The translations under genes and the position numbers were made by a program. This document shows, piece by piece, positions 47,886 through 57,700 of a stretch of 64,000 nucleotides of DNA (positions within the stretch are counted from its first letter, which is position 1; every line of letters starts with the position of its first letter). This stretch comes from Candidatus Poseidoniales archaeon (GTDB taxonomy: Archaea > Thermoplasmatota > Poseidoniia > Poseidoniales > Poseidoniaceae): assembly GCA_003602605.1 (NCBI GenBank), contig QQRW01000037.1:14718-78717 (forward strand). The letters are read 5' to 3'. The notes beneath the pieces were generated by a model, which saw only the letters and a program-made list of their open reading frames with translations, ran no database searches and was not told where the DNA came from.

Positions 47886-49607
47886 TCACGTATGGTTTAC
47901 TCCAGTCCATGTATCCACGGCTTTATCGAAGTGTTCCCATCCGTTGTTGTAATAGATGCCGATCAAGTCGAAAACATCGTCATAGTGGGTTAATTCTCTC
48001 TCCACCATTCGGTCAAGTGCAGCGGCCCTCCTCAGCATTTCATCGTAAATATCACGCTTATTGGAGAATCCGGCCATCGCTGCAATCTTGTTTTCCAACA
48101 AATGGCTTTGGAACATTCCACGGAAATAGTGCTTATCTTTGACAGGGTCCCATTCGAACATTCCACGAGTGAGTACTCCGTCGCTGTGCTTGTTGTATCC
48201 GATAACTTCGTCGATTCCTGTTACACGTCGAGCAATTCCGCCACCGGGTGCTTCAACCACTTCTTGGAAAATTGCGAAATTCAAGTTGTCAAAAAAGCGA
48301 ATTGGAACATTAATTGGGTCACCCGTAAATCTTTGAATCATTTTAACGATGGACGATGCGTGGAATGTAGCAATAACCGGGTGACCAGTTTGCATAGCCT
48401 GAAATGCAGTAGCCCCTTCAATACCGCGAATTTCACCGATGATAATGTAGCGAGGACGGCTACGAAGAGCTGCCTTAAGCAAGTCGAACATCTCGACCCG
48501 AGATTCTTCGTTCTTCGAGGAACGAGTAACGAGCCGCTGCCAAATCTTGTGGCGCACCTTCACTTCCGGGGTATCCTCCGCTGAGTAAATCTTAACGTTG
48601 TGGTCAATGAACGGCAAGATAGCATTGAGTGTCGTGGTTTTACCCGATGCAGTTTCTCCAGAAACAAGAACGGACATACCGTATTCAAGGCAAATCCAAA
48701 TGTAAGCAGCAACCTGTGACGAAATTGTGCCCCAAGCAATGAGTTGCGTAATCGAGATGGTTTCCTCTGCGAATTTACGGATGGTAAACGACGGTCCAAG
48801 CATTGAAACGTCGTCTGAGAAAATAATGTTGATACGTGAACCATCGAGCAGTGCACCGTCAATAATCGGTTTATTGTCAGAAACTGGTCGTCCAATTCGC
48901 TCTGACATTGCTCGTAAGAAGCGCGAAAGGAGTTCTCTATCACGGAACCGAATGTTGGATGTAACCATTCCAAACACTTTGTGGTCCATATGTACGTGTT
49001 TCAATCCTATCGAGTGAATATCTTCCAGCATTTCATCGGAGAGAAGTGGCTCCAGTGGACCGTTACGAATTAAGTCCCGAACAACAATGTAGCGTAGTCG
49101 TTCTCTCTGGGCTTCAGTGACAATAAGACGCTTGTCGTCCATACCCAACATTTCCCAGAAGCGCCCTTGACGGCGTACGTTCGTGAGTGCTTCAGTATCG
49201 AGGAGTGTGTAACGCTCAATCATCTGTGAGAGAATGTTTTCAAATTCGTCATCCGTGGTGAATGATGGCGCTGTTGGAGCCTCTTGCAGAAGTGTTTCTA
49301 TGAGACCGCGACGGATATTTTCCTCTTCTTCAGAAAGTTGAGGTTCGAGGCCAAACCAAAGAATCTGTCCTCCCCCCTCTTCATCAGCCGGAGGTTCGTA
49401 AATGTGAACAAAAATTGGTTCTTTTGTAATGTAAATGAGGTTGTAAGGTCTTTCTTTCTTTGCGTCACGATCCAACTCACCGTAGTAGATAGGACGTGAA
49501 CCATGGCTCGATTCGAAATCTCGAACCCATTCTGCGACGTGCGGGTGCGCACTCATGACCGAGTTGAGGTCACCTTTGGCAAATCGGGGCTCATCTTCGA
49601 CCATCAT
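47886..49607 (-). CDS. arlI: Archaellum motor ATPase ArlI (FlaI)
   Basis: GETASGKT, AEDTPE, LRSRPRYIIIGEIRG, TGHPVIATFHA. Confidence 0.95.
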   Translation of the reverse strand: MMVEDEPRFAKGDLNSVMSAHPHVAEWVRDFESSHGSRPIYYGELDRDAKKERPYNLIYITKEPIFVHIYEPPADEEGGGQILWFGLEPQLSEEEENIRRGLIETLLQEAPTAPSFTTDDEFENILSQMIERYTLLDTEALTNVRRQGRFWEMLGMDDKRLIVTEAQRERLRYIVVRDLIRNGPLEPLLSDEMLEDIHSIGLKHVHMDHKVFGMVTSNIRFRDRELLSRFLRAMSERIGRPVSDNKPIIDGALLDGSRINIIFSDDVSMLGPSFTIRKFAEETISITQLIAWGTISSQVAAYIWICLEYGMSVLVSGETASGKTTTLNAILPFIDHNVKIYSAEDTPEVKVRHKIWQRLVTRSSKNEESRVEMFDLLKAALRSRPRYIIIGEIRGIEGATAFQAMQTGHPVIATFHASSIVKMIQRFTGDPINVPIRFFDNLNFAIFQEVVEAPGGGIARRVTGIDEVIGYNKHSDGVLTRGMFEWDPVKDKHYFRGMFQSHLLENKIAAMAGFSNKRDIYDEMLRRAAALDRMVERELTHYDDVFDLIGIYYNNGWEHFDKAVDTWTGVNHT

Positions 49608-49616
49608 AACACCTCA

Positions 49617-50357
49617 TCAGCTAACCGCCGTAATATCAACGATGAAGCCCATTCCAGGCTCGACACGCCATCCAATGGATGTTTGAATAGGACCAGCAGC
49701 TCGCAAGAAACGTGTGATGACGATGTTGCGCTTAATCTCGCCACCAATCATTGCCGTTTGCAAATCAAGAACGACTTCAGCGGATGCACGTAATGTGTGC
49801 ATGAGTTTGTGGTCCATTTCTTCAGGATCCACACAAAGCATCAACGAACGACCCTGTGAACACACTTGGCGTAATCGTTGCATGAGTTGGAATCGACTCG
49901 TATCATTAAGATCACTCGGCATAATCGAACTGGCAGAATCAATGATGACGACATCTGCGAGTTCAATGGCTTCGGATTGAAGAACTTCTTCGAGTCCGAC
50001 GTTCGGCAATGATTCTGCGATGGTTCCAAATCGGCTGAACACCAAGAGGCGTCCTTCTCGGATGGCGTCAGTGACTCCATAACCAAGTGATTCCATTTGC
50101 TCTACCCATCCGCGAGTTGTCAATTCAGTCGTGATGACAAGAACTTTGACACCATTTTCAGCAAGCCCGTAAGCTAGACGTTGGGAAATGAGGGATTTTC
50201 CACCACCTACTGTACCCTGTAGCACGTACAGAGAGCGATTCGGCATTCGGAGTCCCATCGAGTCGGCAAGAGAGTCCGTTTCCAGTTCGTATGGGAATCC
50301 GTCTTCCTTAGGCTTGTGAGCCGTGGTGAAAGGGTCTTCCTTGACATGTTCATCCAT
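49617..50357 (-). CDS. arlH: Archaellum RecA/KaiC-like ATP-binding protein ArlH (FlaH)
   Basis: GTVGGGKS, ITTE, VVIIDS, WRVEPGMG; located upstream of arlI. Confidence 0.9.
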   Translation of the reverse strand: MDEHVKEDPFTTAHKPKEDGFPYELETDSLADSMGLRMPNRSLYVLQGTVGGGKSLISQRLAYGLAENGVKVLVITTELTTRGWVEQMESLGYGVTDAIREGRLLVFSRFGTIAESLPNVGLEEVLQSEAIELADVVIIDSASSIMPSDLNDTSRFQLMQRLRQVCSQGRSLMLCVDPEEMDHKLMHTLRASAEVVLDLQTAMIGGEIKRNIVITRFLRAAGPIQTSIGWRVEPGMGFIVDITAVS

Positions 50358-50856
50358 TAATGCGCACCTCTTGATTGAAACTTGCACTGGAAGAAATTCC
50401 GGAGACGAATTCTGAGGCCACAGTCACGAATATACTAATGTCGGTGTTGTCGGTATACGAATTGAACGTGTTGTTCGATACAGTCACTTCAAGCAAGACA
50501 TTGGGATTCCAAACCGTAGGCGTGGGAGTTCCCAAAAACGAGGTAGTTACACCCACAGCGGGAACTGAGAGGCCATCAATGAGGACTTGCATTTGGGTTT
50601 CATCCATTGGGTGTTCTCCGGTATTGAGGATGTAGAAGGTGATTTGATGGTCCGCTCCAGACCGGTCAATGTTGACGTTCATGGGGTCACCAGCAAAATC
50701 AATAGCAACTTCCTCTGAAAGTTGTAAGCCCCTTTGTTGTTTTTGAATGACTTGAGAAGTGGATGACCATTCTTGAATCAAAACTGCACTGGCGGAACTG
50801 GAGATCAGCAATGCGCTGATGAGCATGATGTATGTTGAAGCACCTCCGTCAGCCAT
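50350..50856 (-). CDS. arlG: Archaellum stator protein ArlG (FlaG)
   Basis: N-terminal TM (ASTYIMLISALLIS), FYILNTG, VLIDG, WNP; gene order. Confidence 0.8.
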   Translation of the reverse strand: MADGGASTYIMLISALLISSSASAVLIQEWSSTSQVIQKQQRGLQLSEEVAIDFAGDPMNVNIDRSGADHQITFYILNTGEHPMDETQMQVLIDGLSVPAVGVTTSFLGTPTPTVWNPNVLLEVTVSNNTFNSYTDNTDISIFVTVASEFVSGISSSASFNQEVRING

Positions 50857-50865
50857 AGTAACACC

Positions 50866-51570
50866 TCATGATGCCGACCGCACCATAGTCGTGGGGCCAA
50901 CTGTCATTGCCAAACGTTCGTATTCAGTATTCGTGCTGAGTTCATCGTTCCAAAACAACTGCAATGTTTCACCAGAATACCAATTGGTACTGGCCCCAGC
51001 GAGAGCTGATTGCAAAGAATCTTGTGATTCAGTTAGTGTCTCTGGCTCTTCGCCGTCATAGAACACCCAAACTTCATCGCTTTTCAGCGTATCAGGGCCT
51101 TGGTTGGTTATGTTTGCGTAAATGTACTGATGAAAGACAGGTGCATCAAATGTAGCAGGACTTGTCGGAGATTGAATCACATTCGACATATTGTATATAG
51201 TCCATGTTGGGGTTGCAGAACTTGGGCAGAAACCGTGGTTGGTGATAACCACGTTTCCTACATCAATCTCTCCACCTGTTGTTGTGAATGTAGCAGAAAA
51301 TCCGCCGCATTCATCCGAACCAACATTTGCTTTCAAAATCCCATCAAAGTATCCTGTTCCTTGATTACCTGCTGACATTGACACTTCGTGTATGACATGC
51401 TGAGCAACGTTCACATCGTCAATGGTAAAACTCGGGTCCGGAACTGAGGCGCTTTCGATTGCATCCAAACCGGTTGCAACCTGTGCGTCCAAAGCTGAAA
51501 TGGCCATTGAAAAGACCACAAGCATTGAGATCCCAACAATGAGACCTCCAATTCCGACCGAAGCGCCCAT
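50866..51570 (-). CDS. arlF: Archaellum stator protein ArlF (FlaF), with internal insertion
   Basis: MGASV + TM, NITNQGPDTL, VFYDG, WYSGETL; GAGGTGA RBS before ATG 51570. Confidence 0.7.
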   Translation of the reverse strand: MGASVGIGGLIVGISMLVVFSMAISALDAQVATGLDAIESASVPDPSFTIDDVNVAQHVIHEVSMSAGNQGTGYFDGILKANVGSDECGGFSATFTTTGGEIDVGNVVITNHGFCPSSATPTWTIYNMSNVIQSPTSPATFDAPVFHQYIYANITNQGPDTLKSDEVWVFYDGEEPETLTESQDSLQSALAGASTNWYSGETLQLFWNDELSTNTEYERLAMTVGPTTMVRSAS

Positions 51571-51571
51571 A

Positions 51572-52420
51572 TCAGAGTTCACCTCGAAGCGACTGAACTT
51601 GACGCCATGAACTAATCAATGACGAAAAGACCAGTAATTCTTTGTGCGACAAATGATCGTCTAATGCTGCTTCTGATTCACCAGGGGCTGCCAATTGAAC
51701 AATTGCAAGGACTGCACGTCCTTCCTGTTCTGACAACATACCCGAGGACATTGCTTTCTGAGCAAAACTAACCGCAGCCATTCCAGACATGCTGTCAAGA
51801 AGTAAGGCTGAAACGGTTGGCGCACCTACCTGATTCGCATTTGCAGTCGCACCCGTTGAAGGCGCATGCAAGAATGGATTCGCAGCGAGTGCTTGTGCTT
51901 CATACAATTCGACCAGTGGAGCTTCATCAACGCTTTTCAGACGGTCCATGCCTGCCGCAGAGATGACTTCGCCACTTGCAGTGACAATGGTGTCTCCGCT
52001 CATCATGGATTCTTCTCCGACAGATTCAGACGAAGCGGTTAGATTCCCTTCAGCATCCACAGTAGGGGCTGCTTGCGGGGTATCCAACCGAACTTCCACC
52101 ATCCTCAAAACATCCTCGACCATGTCGAGGCGACTGCTGATGAGGCGCTCCAATCCAGATGTGTCGACGGTTGTGCTCGCAGGAACAGGTGTCGAAGGGG
52201 CAAGAGTTGCCGCTACTGTTGGAACACTTCCAACGCTGTTCATACGAGCTCGTGTCGGACTAGGACTGATCGTCCATGCATCGTCTTCGCTGAGTTCTCC
52301 TTCTTCAGGAAGAGGGACTTGTTCAATGGCGATATTCGCCATAATTTTCAGTCGTTCCTCCGTAAGGTCTGCATCTGCATCTCTGTTTTTATCTGCGTTA
52401 CCGCTAAATGGCCATGCCAT
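51572..52420 (-). CDS. Cytoplasmic hypothetical protein at the arlC/D/E position
   Basis: MAWPFS N-terminus, short coiled coil, low-complexity linker; GGAGGA RBS; lies between archaellins and arlF. Confidence 0.65.
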   Translation of the reverse strand: MAWPFSGNADKNRDADADLTEERLKIMANIAIEQVPLPEEGELSEDDAWTISPSPTRARMNSVGSVPTVAATLAPSTPVPASTTVDTSGLERLISSRLDMVEDVLRMVEVRLDTPQAAPTVDAEGNLTASSESVGEESMMSGDTIVTASGEVISAAGMDRLKSVDEAPLVELYEAQALAANPFLHAPSTGATANANQVGAPTVSALLLDSMSGMAAVSFAQKAMSSGMLSEQEGRAVLAIVQLAAPGESEAALDDHLSHKELLVFSSLISSWRQVQSLRGEL

Positions 52421-52433
52421 GATAAATCCTCCC

Positions 52434-52467
52434 AAGGGCTGTAATGCCTTTTGGCATTGGTGCCCTT
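52434..52467 (-). promoter_or_regulatory. Intercistronic hairpin after the archaellin genes
   Basis: AAGGGC/GCCCTT outer stem and AATGCC/GGCATT inner stem, abutting the next RBS. Confidence 0.55.
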
Positions 52468-52475
52468 AGATGCAA

Positions 52476-53132
52476 TCAGATGACAAGTGATCCAGCATCT
52501 GTGCTTCCGATGTCCAAGGTTTGGAAAGTTGTACCGCCGCTACCGACGTGAAGGTAAAGTTCAACCTTGTTGTCTCCGCCTGCAGCACTGCAATCTACAC
52601 CGTTTCCGTTGTCGTTAGCATCGATCCACATAGCGTATCCAGTCCCTGGATTCATGATTCCAGTTGCGGAATCTAAAGCATTGTTATCTGGCTCATCTTC
52701 GCCCATTTCAGCAACAGCACCGCCTGCGGTGAACGCAACTCCAGCACCATCAGGGTCTCCAATGAATCCTTCAACAACGCCGTCGTCACAGAAGAACTGG
52801 AACGAAATTTCGTCGAGAGGTGCAGGTTCGCTACCAGGAGCGAGACGAACATGGAACATGTATGCTTCAGTACTCGAGAAACCATTACCAACGTCATTTC
52901 CGGCATCGCCGTTAGCGACAAAACCAGCTGAAATGAGGACCTTACCTGCCATGTTGTCGGCAGTGTCATCACCAGTAGTTTGAGCATTTTGTTGGAGTTT
53001 TTCAGCAGTTTGAATGATGACTGCTGCAGCGACTGCAGCAACCAAAATCAAAGCAATAAAGACAATCATTGCACCGATACCGATAGCAGCGATTTTGTCT
53101 TCTTGAATATCGTTACGAGTATTTGGCTTCAT
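52476..53132 (-). CDS. arlB: Archaellin
   Basis: KIA|AIGIGAMIVFIALILVAAVAAAVIIQTA, RLAPGS. Confidence 0.93.
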   Translation of the reverse strand: MKPNTRNDIQEDKIAAIGIGAMIVFIALILVAAVAAAVIIQTAEKLQQNAQTTGDDTADNMAGKVLISAGFVANGDAGNDVGNGFSSTEAYMFHVRLAPGSEPAPLDEISFQFFCDDGVVEGFIGDPDGAGVAFTAGGAVAEMGEDEPDNNALDSATGIMNPGTGYAMWIDANDNGNGVDCSAAGGDNKVELYLHVGSGGTTFQTLDIGSTDAGSLVI

Positions 53133-53668
53133 ATTACTTTCGCCCCCGCTGTAATGTCAGCACCATAATTCAAGGTTTCATATGTGAAACCTCCAGCGCC
53201 AGATTGGATAATCAATGTGTGGTCTGCGTTTTCCGCAGGAGCACAGTCATTGAGTGTTGCAGTTTGAAGTGTAATGTCGTAGGTCGATCCTGGAACCAGA
53301 GTGGCACTCAGAGCAGCCACTCCAACGAGGCTAGAAGACGTAAAGTCTCCAGCATCTACACCAGCAGTACAGACAATGTTCCAGTCAATATTTGCTGGGT
53401 TGATTGCATCTGATCCTGGAGCAAGTTCGTAGGTAATGTACAATTCACCAGCATTAGGAATCATGACGTTCTTGATGACCACTTTCGAGGACAGCAAAGA
53501 AGTCGTTTCTTCACCGGTTGTTTGTGCATTCTGTTGCAACTTTTCAGCAGTCTGAATAATGACCGCTGCTGCAACCGCTGCAACCAGAATCAGTGCAATG
53601 AACACAATCATTGCACCAATACCAATAGCAGCGACATTATCGCTATTTTCGTTCTTATTTTCTTTCAT
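53129..53668 (-). CDS. arlB: Archaellin
   Basis: NVA|AIGIGAMIVFIALILVAAVAAAVIIQTA, ELAPGS. GGTGA precedes ATG 53668 (alternative start 53680). Confidence 0.93.
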   Translation of the reverse strand: MKENKNENSDNVAAIGIGAMIVFIALILVAAVAAAVIIQTAEKLQQNAQTTGEETTSLLSSKVVIKNVMIPNAGELYITYELAPGSDAINPANIDWNIVCTAGVDAGDFTSSSLVGVAALSATLVPGSTYDITLQTATLNDCAPAENADHTLIIQSGAGGFTYETLNYGADITAGAKVI

Positions 53669-53681
53669 ATTTTTCACCATT

Positions 53682-53700
53682 TTTTAATTTTATATCCCCC
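53682..53700 (-). promoter_or_regulatory. Candidate TATA box of the archaellin operon
   Basis: Minus strand GGGGGATATAAAATTAAAA, about 20-26 nt upstream of ATG 53668. Confidence 0.45.
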
Positions 53701-53723
53701 ATGTAGGGTGGAAAAGGATTGAG

Positions 53724-54779
53724 TTAAGAAGAACCTCCAGAACTCATTGTGATTCGAAGTGGAATTCGAATAATTGCCACTTCGTCAGGAGCGAGGCGTT
53801 CCACAAATGGAACTGCATCAGCGGTGTAGCCTGGTGGGAACCAAGGCGAGAGAAGGATATCAGCAAGGGGCTCCATCGAGCGGTTTTGTGCACGTATGGT
53901 GACAAAAACTTCGCCAGTACGGATTTCATAACCTGTCGTAATCGCGAGTTTACGCGACAACGGTATTTCGTCTGCACCGTAACGCCGGTTGGCTGACACA
54001 TTGAATCGAACTGGTAAATTTCCTCCCGGAGCGATTGTTGGCAGGTCGACCGATGAAGGCGTAGATACCCAGCCCTCGGGCACCGGCGGCGAGAGGCGCA
54101 TTGGAGGCATTGCAACAGGCCCGTCATTGATAATTCGAACGACCAACACGCCTTCATCCCCTCCAGCAGGCCAGCGTGTTTCAAGGCCCATCCAGAAATG
54201 TCGGAACAAGAACGGATTAAGCGTCGATGTGTTTCCACCGATTAAATCGTCGACAAGGAATTCAACTTCACCTGCAGCTCCACCTACATCTCCGATTTCA
54301 GCTGCTCCTGTCGCACTCCTCAAACGAAGGAGAATCGTTTCAATATCGTTCTCGCTGATTTTCTTTTCATTGAGCAGACGGTGGAGCATAGCAATGTTTC
54401 TGCGTAAATACAGCACGTCTTCTTCGAGAACGGCAAGCGATGACTCCGCCTTGTCGACGCTAGACAGAGCACGGCGAAGTTTGTGCGTTTGCAAGAAACT
54501 CTTTGCTTCACTGATTTCAAGTTCAGTACCGGCAAGGGAATTTGTATCGTCCTGAGCAATTCCGAGAACCATCGTCTCTAAATCCCGGGGAAGCGGACGT
54601 TCTGGACTCGATGACGAAGGCATTGGTGGGAAAGGAGGTATCTCCTCTCCAGCATCAGCCTGTATGGCTGCGGATGCCTCATTCGAGGGTTCACTTGAGA
54701 CTTCATCCTCAAACTGAGGCATTTCATCAAGAGTTTTCTGCTCAAGTGAGGGGTCGACGAGTTCTTCATCAGGCATCAT
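53724..54779 (-). CDS. Hypothetical cytoplasmic protein: acidic N-terminus, helical middle, two Ig-like (NEW3-like) modules
   Basis: No signal peptide; VPEGW...IAPG and FPPGY...LAPD repeats; start overlaps the upstream gene's stop. Confidence 0.7.
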   Translation of the reverse strand: MMPDEELVDPSLEQKTLDEMPQFEDEVSSEPSNEASAAIQADAGEEIPPFPPMPSSSSPERPLPRDLETMVLGIAQDDTNSLAGTELEISEAKSFLQTHKLRRALSSVDKAESSLAVLEEDVLYLRRNIAMLHRLLNEKKISENDIETILLRLRSATGAAEIGDVGGAAGEVEFLVDDLIGGNTSTLNPFLFRHFWMGLETRWPAGGDEGVLVVRIINDGPVAMPPMRLSPPVPEGWVSTPSSVDLPTIAPGGNLPVRFNVSANRRYGADEIPLSRKLAITTGYEIRTGEVFVTIRAQNRSMEPLADILLSPWFPPGYTADAVPFVERLAPDEVAIIRIPLRITMSSGGSS

Positions 54780-57700
54780 CGTTCACCTCCTCGTTTGAAA
54801 ATAAGTTCTCGGGATTCAGGGCTTGTGAGGCTTCTGCAGACCCGAAGATGTCATCCAGATTGAGTCCATCTGCTGCGAGTTCGTTGAACAACCGAGCTGG
54901 GTCGCTCAAATCACGCTCGATTCGAATGGCCTTTACCTCGATGTCGGTGAGGCGTCCGTAAAGTTCGCCGTACATGTTGTTCGCACGGTTGATCAGGAAC
55001 CAAACACCTGCCATCACTACGAAGACATAAGTCGCGATACTAACGACATTTGTCCGATCCTCGGTGAGCATTGGTGGAATTCCTAGAATAATGGCAAGCA
55101 TACCAAGTACCGGCATGCCAAGAATTGTGCGGAGTTGGCGGCGGCTACTGGCAAGTTCTTCGAAGTGGTCTGCATACAGTGTCGAAATGCCTCTTCGAGC
55201 GCGTTGGTAGTCTTCGTGCAGGAGGCGGAATTCGTCGGTGCTCTTCCACGTCATCCTCCATATCCACAATGCAGCAAGTGTGAGCACAACAAAGCCCCAC
55301 CAAGCGAATTGGAAGATATGGAAGGAGAAACCGAAACCAACAACACCTGCATAGATTGCCAAGAGTCGGAAATTATCGTTTTGTGATGTTAAGCGGAAGA
55401 GAATAATGGATACCAGCAGGCAGGTAACAGCTGCCACGAAACTGACAGAAACACCTGGCGACCATGAAATAACGTCCTCCTTCAATGTCATTTTATCGTT
55501 CAAAACAACATTGTTTTCCATGAACGAGGCGTTAAGCGATGCAACACATGATACTTCAGAGCGCTGAGACCACCAATCGATTGAATCAGCGGTGACGACC
55601 CATGTGAATGTTCGTTCTTGGGTCGCAAAGAAGAACGGAATCATCGAGTAGTTGAGCCCCGAAGCGACTGAACGATTCAACAATGCGGGAGTCTCAGAAG
55701 GTAAAGTTGAGACAGTGAGACCCTCACATTGCAGGTCAACGACCACATCAAGGGCCGTAGCAGAACCGACGTTTTGAACAACGACTGTAATCGTGCTTTG
55801 TGTACCTTCTTGGAATTGACCTTCATCTGAAGAGATACTCTTAATCATCGGATCGGCAAACACTGCCAATACAAGTGAGAACGTTTCCTCGTCGTAGACT
55901 GAGTAGCCGTTGTTTTCATCGGGGTGGTAGAGCCTGAATGTCAAATCCCAACCGTCACCGGGCAGAATAAATCCTTTCGTAGGAGTCTCTGCTTCAATCC
56001 GAATAGAGGAAGGATTCCATGCTTCAAGCTCAAGCAGACTGTATCTCGAGGTGGGGCCAAGTGAAGTCGCACCACATTCTTGGTCGAGATTTAGAGGATG
56101 GACATCTGAGGTCCCGTCAAATTTGTCAACAATAAGAGAGAAGTTCCAAGAATACTCAAACTCGGACAGGCCCATCGATTCGAGGTTCAACAGACGTTCA
56201 GCGTTACAAAGTTCAATCATGTAAGCCACTTCGCTGCCGTTCCCTGTTGGGATGTTTGTGTACGGGAGGAATACATCGACAAAGTCGCTGTTAATGTCAG
56301 GCTCGATGCCAATATCGCCCGTGGAAAAGAATCGAGACATTACGAGTTGTGTTGTGAACTGACCACTGCCTTCCACTTCAGTCTCTGTTGGGTCGAGGAA
56401 AAGGGTCAAATCTGCAGTCAATGAAAGAAGCGGCAAGTCGACGGTTCCAACCGCCGTGAACGAGTGTACAACAGGCGTGTTTATTGGCAGAACAATCAAT
56501 GACGGTTGAGTCACCATTTCCCAATCTGTAGAGAGATTGGTGAGGCCAGGGCGAGTAATTGCATATACGGCATTGACGGTGACATCCTTGTTGCCCGTGT
56601 TCAAAAGCGTGACTTCCCAAGTGCGAGTGGATTTTGGTTGGAACTCCATGACATCAGGCCAGTCAGAAGATTCAACAATAAACAGTGGCTGAATTAACAA
56701 CTGAACTGTGTGCGTACTGTAAACAATTCCAGTCGTAGAATTGACGGCAGTAATGGTCAGATTGTAGACTGAGCCTTGTACCAGTGTATCAGCACCACCA
56801 AGGCTTGGGATTGCAACGTTCACACTGTCTGAGTACGTTTGATCGATGGAAAGAACTTCGGTGAGTTCCGATTTTGAAAGTGTAATGTTGCCTTCAACAG
56901 CCAAAGTAACCTTGACTGTTTCCTGGAGGTTTCCGTTGTTGATTATGTCAAAATCGACTTGTTCCATTTGACCGGGAGTTACTGCCTTCTGTTCAGGAGC
57001 AGAAATTCCAATCGAATGGTTTTCAGTAATATTGGCGACAACATTCGAGGAAAGAAGAATTTGACCGTTGTTGGTTGAAACCCAAACTGTTGTCATGTAG
57101 AATCCGTCAGAGTCGGCATCACCGTTGGCATTCATTTCTATTCGGATGGTTTCTTCATATCCTGCTGCGATAAAAACACTCGAAGTTATCGGAGATACGA
57201 TGCTGAAATCCACATCACCTGCCAAGGAGTTATCCAACCAAATCTCGTAGTCTGCAGGCGCATTGCCAGTGTTTTTGATGACAATGGAAGTAAAGGTCGA
57301 ATCTGTTACATCGAGTTCAAGCGACTGATTCGTTGGAGTAAGGCTGCCGTTGAAAATCTGACCTACAACCACATAGAATACATGCTCGCTGCCAATCAAT
57401 AAACCTGAGACTGGATCCTCAATTCGAACCGTGATTGGCTGATTCAATCCAGCCGGCGCAAGTGGGTCAGTTCGAATGTTAAACGTCACGACTTGGATGT
57501 GTGCAGCGTTACCGGAGGAACCATCGAGCGTACCGTCAGCAATATCTGCAGTCAAATTGGAAATATTTTGGTCGTTATCGGAAAAGTTGGCAGTCCAATT
57601 TTCAGGGAGATTGTCTACGATTCGCAAGCGATATGACCCCACATCGTTGCCTGTGTTGGCAAAGCGCATAGGAATCGAACTGTCGACTCCAACCGGCACA

